This document shows, piece by piece, positions 26,976 to 42,852 of a DNA stretch of 64,000 nt. The position numbers were made by a program, and so were the translations under genes. The notes beneath the pieces are model-generated. The model ran no database searches, was not told where the DNA came from, and was given only the letters and a program-made list of their open reading frames with translations. Origin of the DNA: the human T2T-CHM13v2.0 reference genome, Homo sapiens; NCBI RefSeq assembly GCF_009914755.1, contig NC_060934.1. One strand, written 5' to 3'. Each line of letters begins with the position of its first letter. The stretch's first letter is position 1.

Positions 26976-27387
26976 CGTATTAGTCTATTTTCATTGCATA
27001 AAGGAATACCTGAGACTGGATAATTTATAAAGAAAAGAGGTTTATTTGGCTCATGGTTCTGCAGGCTGTACAGGAAGCATGGTGCCAGCATCTGCTTCTG
27101 GTGAGGCCTCAGGAAGCTTCCACTCATGGTGGAAGGTAAAGGGAAAAACAGGCATGCCACAAGGTGAGAGAGGGAGCAGGGAGGAGGGAGATGCCACACC
27201 CTTTTAAACAACCAGATCTCACGTGAACTCAGAGCAATAACTCATTCATTACCATGGGGAGGACACCAAGCCACTCATGAGGAATCTGCCTGCATGACCC
27301 AAGTACCTCCCACACAGCCCCACCTCCAACAATGGGAATTACATTTCAACATGAGATTTGGAGGAGACAAACATCCAAACCATATCA
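26976..27387 (-). mobile_element. MSTB-like MaLR solo LTR inside an old L1 3' fragment
   Basis: cgtattagtc...ggctcatggttctgcaggctgtacaggaagcatggtgccagcatctgc...ccaaaccatatca; perfect 5-bp TSD TGTGT. Confidence 0.88.
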
Positions 27388-29491
27388 TGTGTGTACCTAT
27401 GAAAATAATGCCCAAGTCAAGATATTAAAAATTTTGACTATCCCCCAAAATGTATCTTATGTCCCTTTGCAGTGAATCTCCCCCATAGAGGTAACCACTG
27501 TTCTGATTTATATAGCCATAACAATTATAATCTTTAATAAATGAACACATATATTCTGAGTCATCTGGATGACCGTCTCATAACTGATCATTGTGCCTAT
27601 TTTATCTTTACAGTCAAGTTGATATGAGGTAGTAATATTTCAAATATTTGTAAGCCAATTAAAAAAAAGAGAACAAAAGCATAAACCATATATTTGAGTC
27701 CTGGTATCAGGGGCAAGTTGACCTCAAAAGAACTCATGCCATAATGGCCAGAACCACATTTGCATTGCAAGTAGCAATTTATTTGCAGCAACATATCATT
27801 ATCATTGTTTGTGGAATTTTTAAATCAGTTTTGGATTTTACAGTTGCATAAGAGTTATGAGCATAAAACATTCAGGTCAAGTTTTATGTTTTTACATATT
27901 TAAGTAACATTAAATAAAAATAATTTAAGTCAGCATTGACAGGCCACAATAATTTCCTTTTAAAAGGAGTCAGTACATTAATCAAGTTTGAAAAACATTG
28001 CTCTAGCCTACATATTTATCCTATAAGGATCTAGGCTACCTCCCTTCAAAGATAAAAGGATTCAGGGTTTGAGGTCATCACTAAATGTTTGCAGCCAGAC
28101 TAGCATCACTCACTTCTTCCACCCATCTTCCCAGTTTTCTGAAGCCTAATTCAACCCAATATAGCCAAGAACATCTGTGACCATTCCAGTCCACACAATT
28201 TGTCTTCTAAATTTGTGCAAAAGATAGTATAGATCTGTGTTTCTCTGAGAATTCCTGGCTTCCTCTCAATACCTAAGTTCTATAGCATGCACAAAACTGA
28301 TGATTCATAAGTATTTTTTGAATGAATGCAAAGTAGTCCTGTAGAAATAAGAAGTTCCAATGAAACAAGTAACATATACTAAATTTGAGTGGTTACTTTC
28401 TGAAATTAGACCAGAATAGTATCTACATATAGGACAGAGCCAGAGTTCATAAAATGCCTAGAATTGTACACTAAATTTTGTTTATAAATATGTGCATTGT
28501 TCTCAAAAGAGGCAGTATCACATTCTTCAGATTTCAAATGGACTCCAGTCCCAAAAGGTGATAAGAAATAAAAAAGATATGCAAAGGTCAATTCACCGTC
28601 ACACTTCTCTACACATTTGGGGCCACAGTTCTTCAGGAACATAGCCAACAAAGAAGTTGAAATATTGAGATAATTGGAGAATGAAAAAAAAAAGAATCTA
28701 CATTTAAAACCATAACTTAAAAGTTAAATTGCACCATTTATATATCTAAACACAGGCTCTCTTCAAAAATAAGAATATTCCACTTTTTCTACCTCATCTG
28801 GACATTGGAAATTATACAAATTATGACTACCTCAAAAAGGCTTATTTAATTTTAAGATAGAACACCATAAAACAGTCAAAAAAATAAGTGAAAATACTAT
28901 AACAAAGCAAAATAGTTGATGTTGCAATTTTTAAAAGCAAAATTTCCATTACTTGCTCTACTAAACTAACAGTAGATAATTCTTGCAAGTAATTTGAAAA
29001 TGTTTTACCTTTTCTCAATAGGAATGAACTAATAGAAATTGGCTTAAAAGGATATATGTGTTCATATGTCCGTTAAATTTTAAAATATGAATTAGACCAT
29101 CAGTTTTACATACAAGCTTATTATTCTACATTTTCTATAAATCACTACAGGTATATGCTAATTGAATTATAAATTAAGGTCTGTTATATACATTTTCAGT
29201 AACCTGTTGTCATGACACATACCAGTACTTTGTCATATTTGCTGAAGAATTCATTTCTGTGTTTCTAAAGCAAAAATAATACTCATCAATTATAAAACAC
29301 TAACACAAATACATTTCAATCTCAGAGTAAAATATAGTCATAGGACTCATTAAGGATCATTAATCATCATGATTCCTTCAATGTCGTGTTGAAAAGCATT
29401 AACTAGAGGGGGTACAAAATATTAGGAACTAAAGATGCTTAACTATGATGAAAGGACGGAAGCAAAGTGATTCCTTATTCATTCAAAAGCA

Positions 29492-29780
29492 TGGGGTAAG
29501 GAGAATGAAGAGAGGTTGGTTAATAGTTTCAAATATACGGTTAGAAGGATAAGTGCTAGTGTTCTTTAGCACAGTAGAGTGACTACAGTTAACAATAATT
29601 TATTGTATATTTCAAAACAGCTAAAAGAGAAGACTTGGAATGTTCCCAATACAAAGAAATGATAAATGCTTGTGTTGATGAATACCCTAAACAGCCAGAC
29701 TTGATCACCACATATTCTATGTATGTATCAAAATACCACATGTATCACATATGTACAATTATTATGTACCAATTTTAAAA
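29492..29780 (+). mobile_element. L1MA 3' end
   Basis: gagaggttggttaat...gactacagttaacaataatttattgtatatttcaaaa...acaaagaaatgataaatg. Confidence 0.8.
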
Positions 29781-30527
29781 CTTTTTTTAAGAATCTGAGG
29801 GTTAAGTGATTTTGTTATCAGCTCTGCTCATACCTGAGGACAGGTTCCCAGAGCAGAGGGTGGCCAAGACCAGGTGCCCTTGAGTGGAATAGTACAGTTA
29901 CAGTTCAGAGAAAGTACAACAGCAATGTTCCTAAATAACCTAGATCAAAGAAACAGCAACATTCTAACTATCTTGTTCTTTCAAAGAACTGAATGACCAC
30001 AATTTAGTGAGACACACTGACTGTGAGGCAGTCAACTGGAGAAGGAATTAAGACAAGAAAAAGAACTATATGTATTTATAGTTATACGGTAGTAAGAACA
30101 TATTACATTTTTCTAGATTTAAATCAGTACATGCTACTGCCCAGAGATATTAGTCTTACAATATATTATGTCATTTAAAAGTTTAACATATGTCAAAAGA
30201 AAATCTTTGGTTTAGAGGCTGCAGAGATATAACTTTTTAAAAAAACTGATTTTAAGTATGTCATTTAGTTTTCCTACTCTAATAAGCAGTTTACAAGGTT
30301 GCAACCTTACCATTCCAGTTTTCAAAGAAATAAGTATATTTGAAACATCTGAATTCCTTAGATGTGCAAATGGTTATGGAAGATTTAAAATTATTTATGA
30401 ACGATAAAAGCACTGGCTTTTTCATTGAAGCATTAAGTTTGATCTCCAGAGACTCTCAAATTCCAAAGCTGTTTCTCACAACCTCACCTCGAGACTGAAT
30501 CCCAAACTAATCCTTTCTCAACTACCC

Positions 30528-30563
<36 letters not shown>

Positions 30564-31988
30564 GAAAGAAAAACCACCACCACACTACTAGCTTTTCCTT
30601 ACATGATACTCCTTTCAAATGCTAGATCCTGCTAGGCTTCTACTGGTCCTTTGTCACAGAAGTCCAAATTCCATCCCAGCTGCCCAAATCCGCTCAGACT
30701 GCCCTACTTACTAACAGTACTTTGCCACACTAAGCTAGGGAAGAAATGGAAATGAGGCCATTATCTGTAAGCTGGTGATTTTACCCTCACAGATGGAGAA
30801 CAAATGATATAAAACACAGACTGAGAACAAGGCACGGTAACTTAGAATAATTTTCTTACATTCCAGGTACACAAAGGCAATGATAAAAGCTCTACGAGTT
30901 AGCTTGAATATTTCAAAACCATAACAGAAATTGAATTTTAAAATTTATTAAGGTTGCAGAATCCAACAAGAAAATACATTGATAGGGCTTTGGTGAGAAT
31001 TAAATTGTCAGCTTAGTAAAATAGGTTATCGTATGCTGACTGTTGTATTGGCTTTAACATAGGAAAAAGGAGAAAAACAAATGATTACTTAAGAAACAAT
31101 TTAGTGGGCAAGGTTTCAAAACATTGGGTCAGGGGAATAAAAATAAGAGAGTTTGGCATAGCTTTTAAGAACCGCAAAAGCCAAAAGTCTAGATAAGATT
31201 ATATGTACATAAGCAAAATACAAGGCTTACCTTAGTATATAAACACAATATGACTTTATTTTCCTTGGAATTAAGAAAATATTTAATTTATAAAATGCTT
31301 CAAAAATTATTTACTAGATTATATCAAATATTATTCCTAAATAAAATCTACAAAGGCTATTACAGATAATGTTAACAGACCACTAGCAAACTTTTATTTT
31401 ATTCTGCTTTAGTCAACATTTATATGTTATAGTACTCATTTATAGATTATTGAATATTAAGACAAAAATAAGCAGATGACTAAGACCTCACAGTTTCAGA
31501 AACAAAATATTTGGAGGCAAATTAATGCAGTTCTGTAACTTTTCTCTTTAATGTTCAGAGGCTCAGAAGAAAATAAAGAAATACACCAACCATAGGCTTA
31601 ACCCAATGCTTAGACTTGGATTTGGAAGTTAAGTTACCTGGGAATAGTCTCAGATTGGGTTTTAAAGGGTTGAATGGCTGATCACAGAAAACAGGTTGAA
31701 CTGAAAAGCAAGGGTGGAGATCACATAGCAAAGGCATTTGAGGAACAAGAAAGATGCTTGGTAAAGAGAGTGCTCAGGGTGGAGACAGCACTGTGTCCTC
31801 AGCCTGGTGAATAGTTAAAACATGGGTCTCTGGATTATACAACCCGGGGGGCAATGATCTGAACAAGGGCCACAAACTGCATATGAATGCCAAATACCAA
31901 AATTGCTGCATGGACAGGGCAGGCAAAGAGCTTAGTCTGAGAAATACTCTGGTAATGTATAATTGGGGCCTGAGTAGAAGGGAGATAC

Positions 31989-33052
<1,064 letters not shown>

Positions 33053-33169
33053 CACAGTAATGGGTATGCCTTGAGGCCAGGGACAATGCAGTGAGGGCCA
33101 GCATGGCCCAGTGGCTCTGAGTTACAGAGGGAGGGGCAGTGGGGACTGCAGAGGCCTCCTTTCAAAACC

Positions 33170-34490
33170 AGTTACCTCCATGAAGATGTCACTGAATATC
33201 TAGTCCATGCTCTCCTGGTTTTCTTCCTACTTCTCTAGCCTTGCCTAACCTCAGTCTCCTGGGAATGGTTCTAAATAGGTGTTCCCAACAGGCCTTCTCC
33301 ATTCACTCTACCTCCTCTTCCTCACACAGGTCAATTACTATGTACAGGTAAATGTTTCTCAAATCCGTGTCTCTGGCTTAAATTTTGTTTTTAAACGCCA
33401 AACCACCGGGTGACTCCATTTAGATGTCTTGATGGCGCCTCAAACTCAGCATGACCAAAATTGAATTTATCTTCCCCGTTGATAAGACAGCAGGGTGCAG
33501 TGGTTAAGAACCTGGGTCTTGGACCAGTCTGCCTGGTTTGAATTCTGGCTCTACCAGTTTCTGGCTATGTGGGGAGGTTGTTAATCTCTGCATGCCTCAG
33601 TTTCTTTAACTATAAAATAGGAAAAATGAGTAGTAACTATCTCATAAGGCCACTGTGAACAGTTAACAATATAGTATCTGTAAATCACTTAGAACAGTGC
33701 CTGGTACACATGAAGTGCTTTATCTAGGAAGTAAATAATAATATTTTTCCTCTTCACTTGGCACTCTCTAACTCAGGGGAAAGTTAACCAAGTGAAAACC
33801 TGAACATTATGTTCAACTTCTCCCTCTCCTCTACTTTCCAAGTCCAAGTCCTGCCAGTTCTACTTCCTAAGTATTTCTTGAAGATATTTGCATCTCCCCA
33901 TTTCTACTATTCTGTTGAAGTTTGGTCTCTCATCATCTTGTTTCCAAATCTTGACCTCCTCCCACCTACTTTTCAGACAATAATCAGAGTACAAATCTTA
34001 TCATGTGGCAAAGTCCTTAAATTCCTTCAGTGGTTTCCCACTGCCCTCAGGTCCAAGTCCAAAACCATTAACACGACTAGCAAGGCATTTCCTGAGGTGC
34101 CCTTGCGAATTTTTCCATCTCAATTCTCACCACCTCCCACATGGGCACAGGTTGAACTTCCAGTTTTTGGAAAACATCATGATCTCTTGCATCTCCTAGA
34201 TTTTGCAAACATCATTTTCTCTGGAACACTCTTCTCCCTCCTCTTTACCTGGCTAAATCCGAATCATCCTTCATTCTCAATGTATAGTTCCCAGCAGCCT
34301 TCCCTTCCTATCCAGCCCCACCAGTCTCAGGTGCCCCCACTATGCCTTCCAGTAGTATCCTATGTGGCTGCATTCATTGCTTACACCACCATAGTATAGG
34401 TATCTCCAGTAAACCGTAAATTCCACAAAGACAGAGACAAGAACTGTCTTGTACACTAGTATGTCTCCAGTGCAGGGCAGACTGGCTCCG
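33170..34490 (+). mobile_element. L2 fragments with a nested MIR (33488-33725)
   Basis: L2 motifs cctcaaactcagcatgaccaaaattgaa and cttcagtggtttcccactgccctcagg; MIR gtggttaagaa...tgcctcagtttc...agaacagtgcctggtacaca. Confidence 0.7.
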
Positions 34491-34614
34491 ACTTGGACAT
34501 GGAAGTAAGTTACCATGGGACTGAGTATACATATATTAAGACCTTGATAATGAAGATGGTTAAAAGACAGAGAAAGGACAGGGATCTAGAAAATGCCCCT
34601 AAAAGATAACTACC

Positions 34615-34905
34615 AGCTGGACACAGTGGCTCACGCCTGTAATCCCAGAGACTTTGGACACCAGGGCCGGAGAATCACCTGAGGCCAGGAGTTCAAGACC
34701 AGCCTGGACAATATAGCAAGACTCCATCTCTACAAAAAATGAAAAATTAGCTGGGCATGATGGTACCTGTGGTCTTAGCTACTTAGGAGGCTGAGGCGAG
34801 AGGACTGCTTGAGCCCAGAAGTTCAAGACTACAGCAAACTATGAACATGCCTCTGCAATCCAGCCTGGGTGACACAGCAAGACTCTGCCTTTAAAAAAAA
34901 CAAAA
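34615..34905 (+). mobile_element. AluJ
   Basis: Diverged full Alu. Confidence 0.88.
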
Positions 34906-35163
34906 TAATTATTAGCACTCCCACGTTCTAAATGAGAAAACGGAGGCTTAGACAGCTTAAATAACTTGTCCAAGGTCAAAGTCACACAACCAGATTCTAG
35001 AAGCCACATTACTAACACTAATCCATGCTGTTTTCCAGTGGAAGGCACGTGCAACACCAAATCGGACATCCTGGGCTTTAATCCTGATTCTGCCACTTGA
35101 TACCTGTTGATTTAAAACAAGAAACAACTTCTCCGAGCCTCATTTTTTTTTTTTTTACATCAG

Positions 35164-35954
35164 TGTGGTGTTATGATATATATTGGATTTTGGCCCAGTT
35201 CCTGGCTCCGGACTCCCATTGCCCTTGTTACAGTCTTTTGTTATAATATTGGGTGTGTTAGGCCGCAGGCACAGGCCTCTTACCTTCTCCTGCCCTCCTT
35301 TCCACTGCCCCAAGGAAGGACTCCACTCTTCTCTGCCTTTCTGACTGAGGGTCTTAAGACCCTTCCTGGTTAGGGTCCTACCCCATACCCTGAGGGAAGG
35401 AATGTTGATGTCCTGAAGCTTCCATGAAAACTCAACAGAACTGTATTGAGAGAGTTTCCAGAGAGCTGAACACCTAGAGGTTCCTGGACGGTGGTGTGCC
35501 AGGGGAGGGCTTGGAAGCTGTGTGTCCCATACCTGGCCCTATGCATGTTTCCATCTGTATCTTTTGTAATGTCCTTTATAATAAACCAGTAAACACAGGT
35601 AAATGTTTCCCTGAGCTCTGTCAGCTGCTCTAGCAAATTAATTGAACCCAAACAAGGGTTCATGGGAATCCCAACTTGAAGCCAGTTGCTCAGAAGTTCC
35701 AGAGGCTCTGACTTTCAACTGTGGGGGAAGGAAGGGGTGGTCTTGTGGGACTAAGCCCTCAACCTATGGGACCTGACACCATCTCCAGGTAGACAGTGTC
35801 AGAACTGAATTGAAGGACACCAGCTGGTGTCCAGGCTTGGTATATGAGGAAAAACCCCCGCATCTTTGGTCACAGAAGTCTTCCATGTCGATGACTGCTG
35901 TGGGGGTCTGAGAGCAGAGAAAACTCACGGTTTGACAAAGTTTCTCCCTACATA
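35164..35954 (+). mobile_element. MER21A solo LTR inside a MIR
   Basis: tgtggtgttatgatatatattgg...cccttgttacagtcttttgttataat...ggtcacagaagtcttc; TSD TCAG. Confidence 0.8.
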
Positions 35955-36959
35955 TCAGTTAAATTGTTATCACAACATCTGTTTAGTAAGATTATTAACA
36001 TAAAATAAGTGACAACTGATAATTTCTGGCCTTTAGAAATTATTCAATAAGTGCTGAAACTATCCCACAATATCTGGTACAGTTATCAACTTTGAGCAAG
36101 CATGGGGCTTTTTGGAAGAAACAGAATAGTAAAATAAGTCAAATCCATGCTACCAAACTTCATAATTAATGGGGGACTGACTGCAGCCATATCACCCTCT
36201 AACACAGGATGTAGTACTTTGTCCTTATCCCCAAAAGGGAAGCTGAACTAGAAACATGATTATGAATTTCACTTTGAAGATATTTCACAAGTGGGGTTTC
36301 CTTTTAGAAACAAAGTTTGCCTTCTTCCATATCCATTCTAAAAGTCAATTTGCTCGAAATTTATAGACAGCAAAATCCACCTGATTGCTCTCCTTTTATA
36401 TTTTTCTAAACTCCCTTACACTCCTTTCTTCAGTTTCCTTTCTTCAGAAAACAAGCAGCAGCCTTGTTTCCCAAATTAACATTGAGCTTCAGAGAATTTA
36501 AGTTGCCGAGCCAGAACTACACCCAGGTCTTCAATTCCCATGTCAATGTTCCTGTCCATACATGACAACCACATATAAACATTTCTTTTAATTAAGAAAG
36601 GTAGGCATGCAGGAAGAACAGAAGGATGGAAGGACAGACAGATGAACAGATGGACAGACAGAAGGAAGGAAGAAAGGTAGGTTTACTTCAGATAATCTTA
36701 CTCTTTAAAACTCATGGAAATACCGTCATTCTCTAAGAATACTTTTAAGCTATGTGCCCTTAATTTTTGTTTATGTGTTTGTTTAGTCAATGTGAACCAA
36801 AAGAATTATATATCAAATGATTACATGGGGTCAAAATAGGTGGGTGATCATGGATGAAGCAAGAAAAGTATTAACATTAAATAAAGAAAACATGAATAAT
36901 AATTATCTTGGAAGGGAGGGAGAAGCAGTTTGACATCTATGTTAATCCTTGGTAGTGAT

Positions 36960-38153
36960 TAGGGGCGCGCAGGCAGGGGGTGGGGTCTGTTGCGTGGAGC
37001 TGCCGGACAACCACCATTAGGACAGTCTGGCGCGTCGCGCCCACCTGGTGCTCAGGCCTCCACCACCGCCCATGCCTCCCTGGTGCCAGCGAACAGGTAT
37101 CAGCACACCTCCCCAGCGGCTGAGAGAGACGTTGAGTGAAGGGGAGGGAAGGATGGTTAGTCAATCTTATAGTTGGATCACCTACGAAGAGAAGTCCTAA
37201 GGCAAGAAGTAGAAAGCGTTTCAATTTGGGACATTTATTTGCAGCTGGAAATGGGGAATGGACTATCAGACCAGACTTCTATCCTGTCCAGTCTGCCTTC
37301 ATTTCAATCCTTCCACATTGTTATGCTGGGTTTGGACTGTGCTGGAAAGACAACTGTCTTATACAGGCTGCAGTTCAATGAATTTGTAAATACCGTACCT
37401 ACCAAAGCATTTAACACTGAGAAAATTAAGGTAAACTTGAGAAATTCTAAAACAGTCACTTTTCACTTCGGGGATGTAGGTGGTCAGGAGAAATTAATGC
37501 CACTATGGAAGTCATATACCAGATGCACAGATGGCATTTTATTTCTTATGGACTCTGTTGATATCGAAAGGATGGAAGAAGCCAAAACTGAACTTCACAA
37601 AATAACTAGGTTATCAGAAAATCAAGGAGTCCCTGTACTTACAGTTGCTAATAAACAAGACTTGGAGAACTCATTATCTCTTTCAGGAATTGAGAAATTG
37701 TTAGCAACAGGTGAACTGAGCTCATCAACTCCTTGGCATTTGCAGCCTACCTGCGCAATCATAGGAGATGGCCTAAAGGAAGGACTTGAGAAACTGCATG
37801 ATATGATCACTAAAGAAAAGATGAATATCAATACCTATTATATCTGTGTGGAGGAGGTTTTCTCTGGTCTGATTTTGACAAATGGAAAAGTGTCTACAGC
37901 CTGGTTTGCCTGTCTGCCCTCCTGGATGCTATTAAAGCTTTGTATTGTTCAACGATCAGATGCCTAACTCTGTTGATTTGTAGAGGATGAGTAAATGCAT
38001 GCTTCTTAAAGTGGTATCTTCTCCCTATCCCACAAATCTTTTGGTACTACCATTTGGGGAAGCCAAGCAAGGATAGTAAATTGACCAGAACACAGTTGTA
38101 GAAATTTGACCTGAAGTTAGTGAAATAAAACTCTAAAGAGTGAAAAAAAAAAA
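36960..38153 (+). pseudogene. ARL4AP1: Processed pseudogene (retrocopy) of ARL4A; probably ARL4AP1 (ARL4P/ARL4B), identity from memory only
   Basis: GC-rich 5' leader joined directly to the coding-exon sequence (tcttatag at 37165), ARL4A-like CDS and 3'UTR, AATAAA at 38124-38129, A11 tail at 38143-38153. Confidence is for an ARL4A retrocopy; the specific pseudogene number is less certain (about 0.6). Confidence 0.93.
37251..37967 (+). CDS. Open 238-aa ORF of the ARL4A retrocopy: Arf-like GTPase residues 1-188 plus a novel 50-aa C-terminus; expression unproven
   Basis: MGNGLSDQTS start with Kozak gaaATGG. G1 GLDCAGKT, G3 DVGGQ, G4 NKQD and G5 CAI are intact, with no internal stop. The track start at 37173 is a TTG right after an in-frame TAG, so 37251 is the real start. 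Confidence 0.4.
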   Translation: MGNGLSDQTSILSSLPSFQSFHIVMLGLDCAGKTTVLYRLQFNEFVNTVPTKAFNTEKIKVNLRNSKTVTFHFGDVGGQEKLMPLWKSYTRCTDGILFLMDSVDIERMEEAKTELHKITRLSENQGVPVLTVANKQDLENSLSLSGIEKLLATGELSSSTPWHLQPTCAIIGDGLKEGLEKLHDMITKEKMNINTYYICVEEVFSGLILTNGKVSTAWFACLPSWMLLKLCIVQRSDA

Positions 38154-38689
38154 TGTGGACATGGTTCTTAATGCCCCTCCCTCAGTTATTAGAAAATGCT
38201 CATTAAAGTTCTGGACTAAGAATGTGTTTTAAATCATTTAGATTTACAAAGCCGTAAAGTACAGTCAAATTATTAGCCTTTGCTGAAGATTTACAACAGG
38301 TTTATTATACAGAAATAACCCGCGCTCATGAAGAGAAGGCTGGCAAATCTTCAGCTAATCTAAAAAACATTGGCAATACATTTAAGAATGGATAATATTT
38401 GTAATTGAAAATGGGAATGGAAAACAAGGACCTAGAATGAAGACCTTGGGAATTAAGAGCAGGACTAGACAAACTATGAAAGAGACTGAGGATTCATTTC
38501 CATAAGATGATAGTTGGAACTGTGAATGCTAGCAAGATCTGCAAAGAAGAAAATGTAAAGAACAGAGGACTTTTAATGAAAATGTCAAACTCACCAATTA
38601 AGTGCATCTGCTCCAAACACAAAAGAATGGGAGGTAATATATAAACATATAAATAGAATAACAAAAAATACAGAACAAAATAATAGAGC

Positions 38690-39270
38690 AACCCTAGGTA
38701 TAAACAGAAAAACTGTTCTTAGTAAAACTTTTCTCACAGATCAGTTCTCTCCAAAATTGATCTATAAACTCAATTCCAATTAAAATAAAAATCGAATTTT
38801 TATGCAAATTGACAAACTGATATCAATTTTTTCAGAAGAACAAGAATAGGTAAGATAATTTTAAATAAGTGTGTATGGAGGTCACTATTAGACATCAAGA
38901 GTGTTTACAAACCTTAGTATTTAAGACAATAGGTAAAATACAAAGAGCCTTACAGGAAAGAAAATGAGTGAAGAATATAATTAGGCATTTTATAAAAGAA
39001 GAAATTGAAATAACACTAAATATATTAAAAGTTGTTCAATCTCATTTTAAATTAGGAAAATGTAGCAAATTAAAGCCACAGTGAGATTCATTTCACAACC
39101 AAAAATTGACAAAAATTTAGAAACCTCATTATTTCAAGTGGTAAAAGAATATGAAGAAATGTCATCCCTTACCCATGCTTGTGGCATTTGGAGTGGGATG
39201 AAGCTATAAAATTCATTAGTACTAATATTTTGCAGAACAATCTGGCAATATCTTGTATAGTTAATGATGT
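38690..39270 (+). mobile_element. Degenerate L1ME-like ORF2/3' fragment
   Basis: ttctctccaaaattgatctataaactcaat...aattgacaaactgat...aaattaaagccacagtgagat. Confidence 0.6.
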
Positions 39271-39604
39271 TCATATATTTTACATAACAAATACTTGTAT
39301 AGTACTTTCTATGTGCCAGGCACTATTAAAAGTTTTTTATAAATATTAACTCATTTAATCTTCCTAACAACTGTAGGTATTATTATATTTTTACTTTTTA
39401 TTTTGGTGTAATCTTAGACCTCATGTACACAATATGAAATCAATCATTATCCTTTGTTCATGACACAGTCTCTTCATAGGTCCATTTTTGAACCACGTGA
39501 ACTCATTATTTTGTTAATTATGTTACAGATGTAACAAGCATGCATAAACTTAGTATTCGATAGGAATGCTAGGATCTTCACAATAACCTACCTCTACCCA
39601 TATA

Positions 39605-39951
39605 CAATCATGCACCCTGCAAAATAGAGTAAAGTGTAACAATGTTTCAGTGAATGATTGACCACAAATATGATCATGGTCCCACAAGATTATAAATATG
39701 CTATTTTTACTGTATCATTTCTATGTTTAGATACACAAATACATCCATTGTGTTATATTTGCCTATAGCATTCAGTACAGTAACATGCTGTACAGCTTAT
39801 AGCCTAGGAGCTATAGGCTACAGCCTGGGCGTGTAGTAAACTATATCATCTAGGTTTGTGTAAATTCACTCTATAATGTTTGCACAAGGATGAAATCTTC
39901 TAATGACACATTCTTCAGAACATATCCCTGTCATTAAGCAACACACAACTG
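39605..39951 (+). mobile_element. Tigger3a (MER7A) MITE
   Basis: ta|caatcatgc...ggtcccacaagattataa...taggtttgtgtaa...gtcattaagcaacacacaactg|ta. Confidence 0.8.
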
Positions 39952-40019
39952 TATATATCGCAGTCCATCCCCTCTCAATAGTTTATTAATATTTATACTG
40001 CAACCTAGGGAATGAAAAT

Positions 40020-41265
<1,246 letters not shown>

Positions 41266-41412
41266 TTAAAATTGATATAGCTAGATTTTATTTCTGTCAG
41301 CTGCTATATAATATTCCATTTTGTGAATATACCATAATATAAATGAGGAAAGCAAAGCAAGAGGGATTAAGTCACTTGCCCAAGGCAAGGCAGCTATTAA
41401 GATATAAAATCA

Positions 41413-41722
<310 letters not shown>

Positions 41723-41862
41723 TCAGTATTTGAACCTAGAAAATACTTTCAGTATCCCTGTTTTAGCCACTATGTAATGCTGACTTTGTTTCTAATGTAA
41801 TGGGATAGAAACAAATAAAATGTTTGTCAACAGAGAATGGAGGTCTACATAGAGGTATATTT

Positions 41863-42184
<322 letters not shown>

Positions 42185-42214
42185 TCACTTACAGCAGTTA
42201 AAAATGAATGAACT

Positions 42215-42515
42215 GGCTGGGTGCGGTGGCTCAGGTCTGTAATATCAGAAGTTTGGGAGGCTGAGGCAGGTGGATCACTTGAGCTCAGGAGTTCGAGACC
42301 AGCCTGGCTAACATGGCAAAACCCCGACTCTACTAAAAATACAAAAATTAGCTGGGCATGGTGTCGAGTGCCTGTAATCCCAGCTACTCAGGAAGCTGAG
42401 GCAGGAGAATCGCCTGAACCCAGAAGGTGGAAGTTGCAGTGAGCCAAGATCATGCCACCATTGCACTCAAGCCTGGGTGATGGAGCAAGACTCCATCTCA
42501 AAAAAAAAAAAAAAA
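42215..42515 (+). mobile_element. AluSx/Sz-like
   Basis: Full Alu; TSD gaatgaact. Confidence 0.9.
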
Positions 42516-42852
42516 GAATGAACTAGAGCCATTCATTTTGTAATTTATATTTATATAGATTTTAGATTTATATAGATAAAACTCAAAATTATGTTGAGGG
42601 AATAAAGAGTACAAAATTGTATGTATAGTATAAACACAGTTATATGATGTTTGAAACATATTAAATACAAAACAATACTCCACATTCTTTATGGATGCAA
42701 ACATGCCATTGTAGTATACAAACATGCTTGAGAATAGCAAATTTCAACTTGAAGGTAGTATCCTGGGCATGTAAAGAGAAAGAAATCAGATTAGAAAGTA
42801 GTACAAACTAGGATAAATAGTATTTAAATAATTTATTTCTTAAGAAATATCT

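Noticed and set aside
33809-34399. 196-aa ORF
   Set aside because: Lies in CT-rich degraded L2 with low stop density and no domain.
37173-37250. 26-aa N-terminal extension of the ARL4A-like ORF
   Set aside because: Starts at TTG in the former 5'UTR; the strong-context ATG with myristoylation Gly is at 37251.
36900-38175. TSD of the ARL4A retrocopy
   Set aside because: No matching direct repeat found by eye, so the 5' boundary is approximate.
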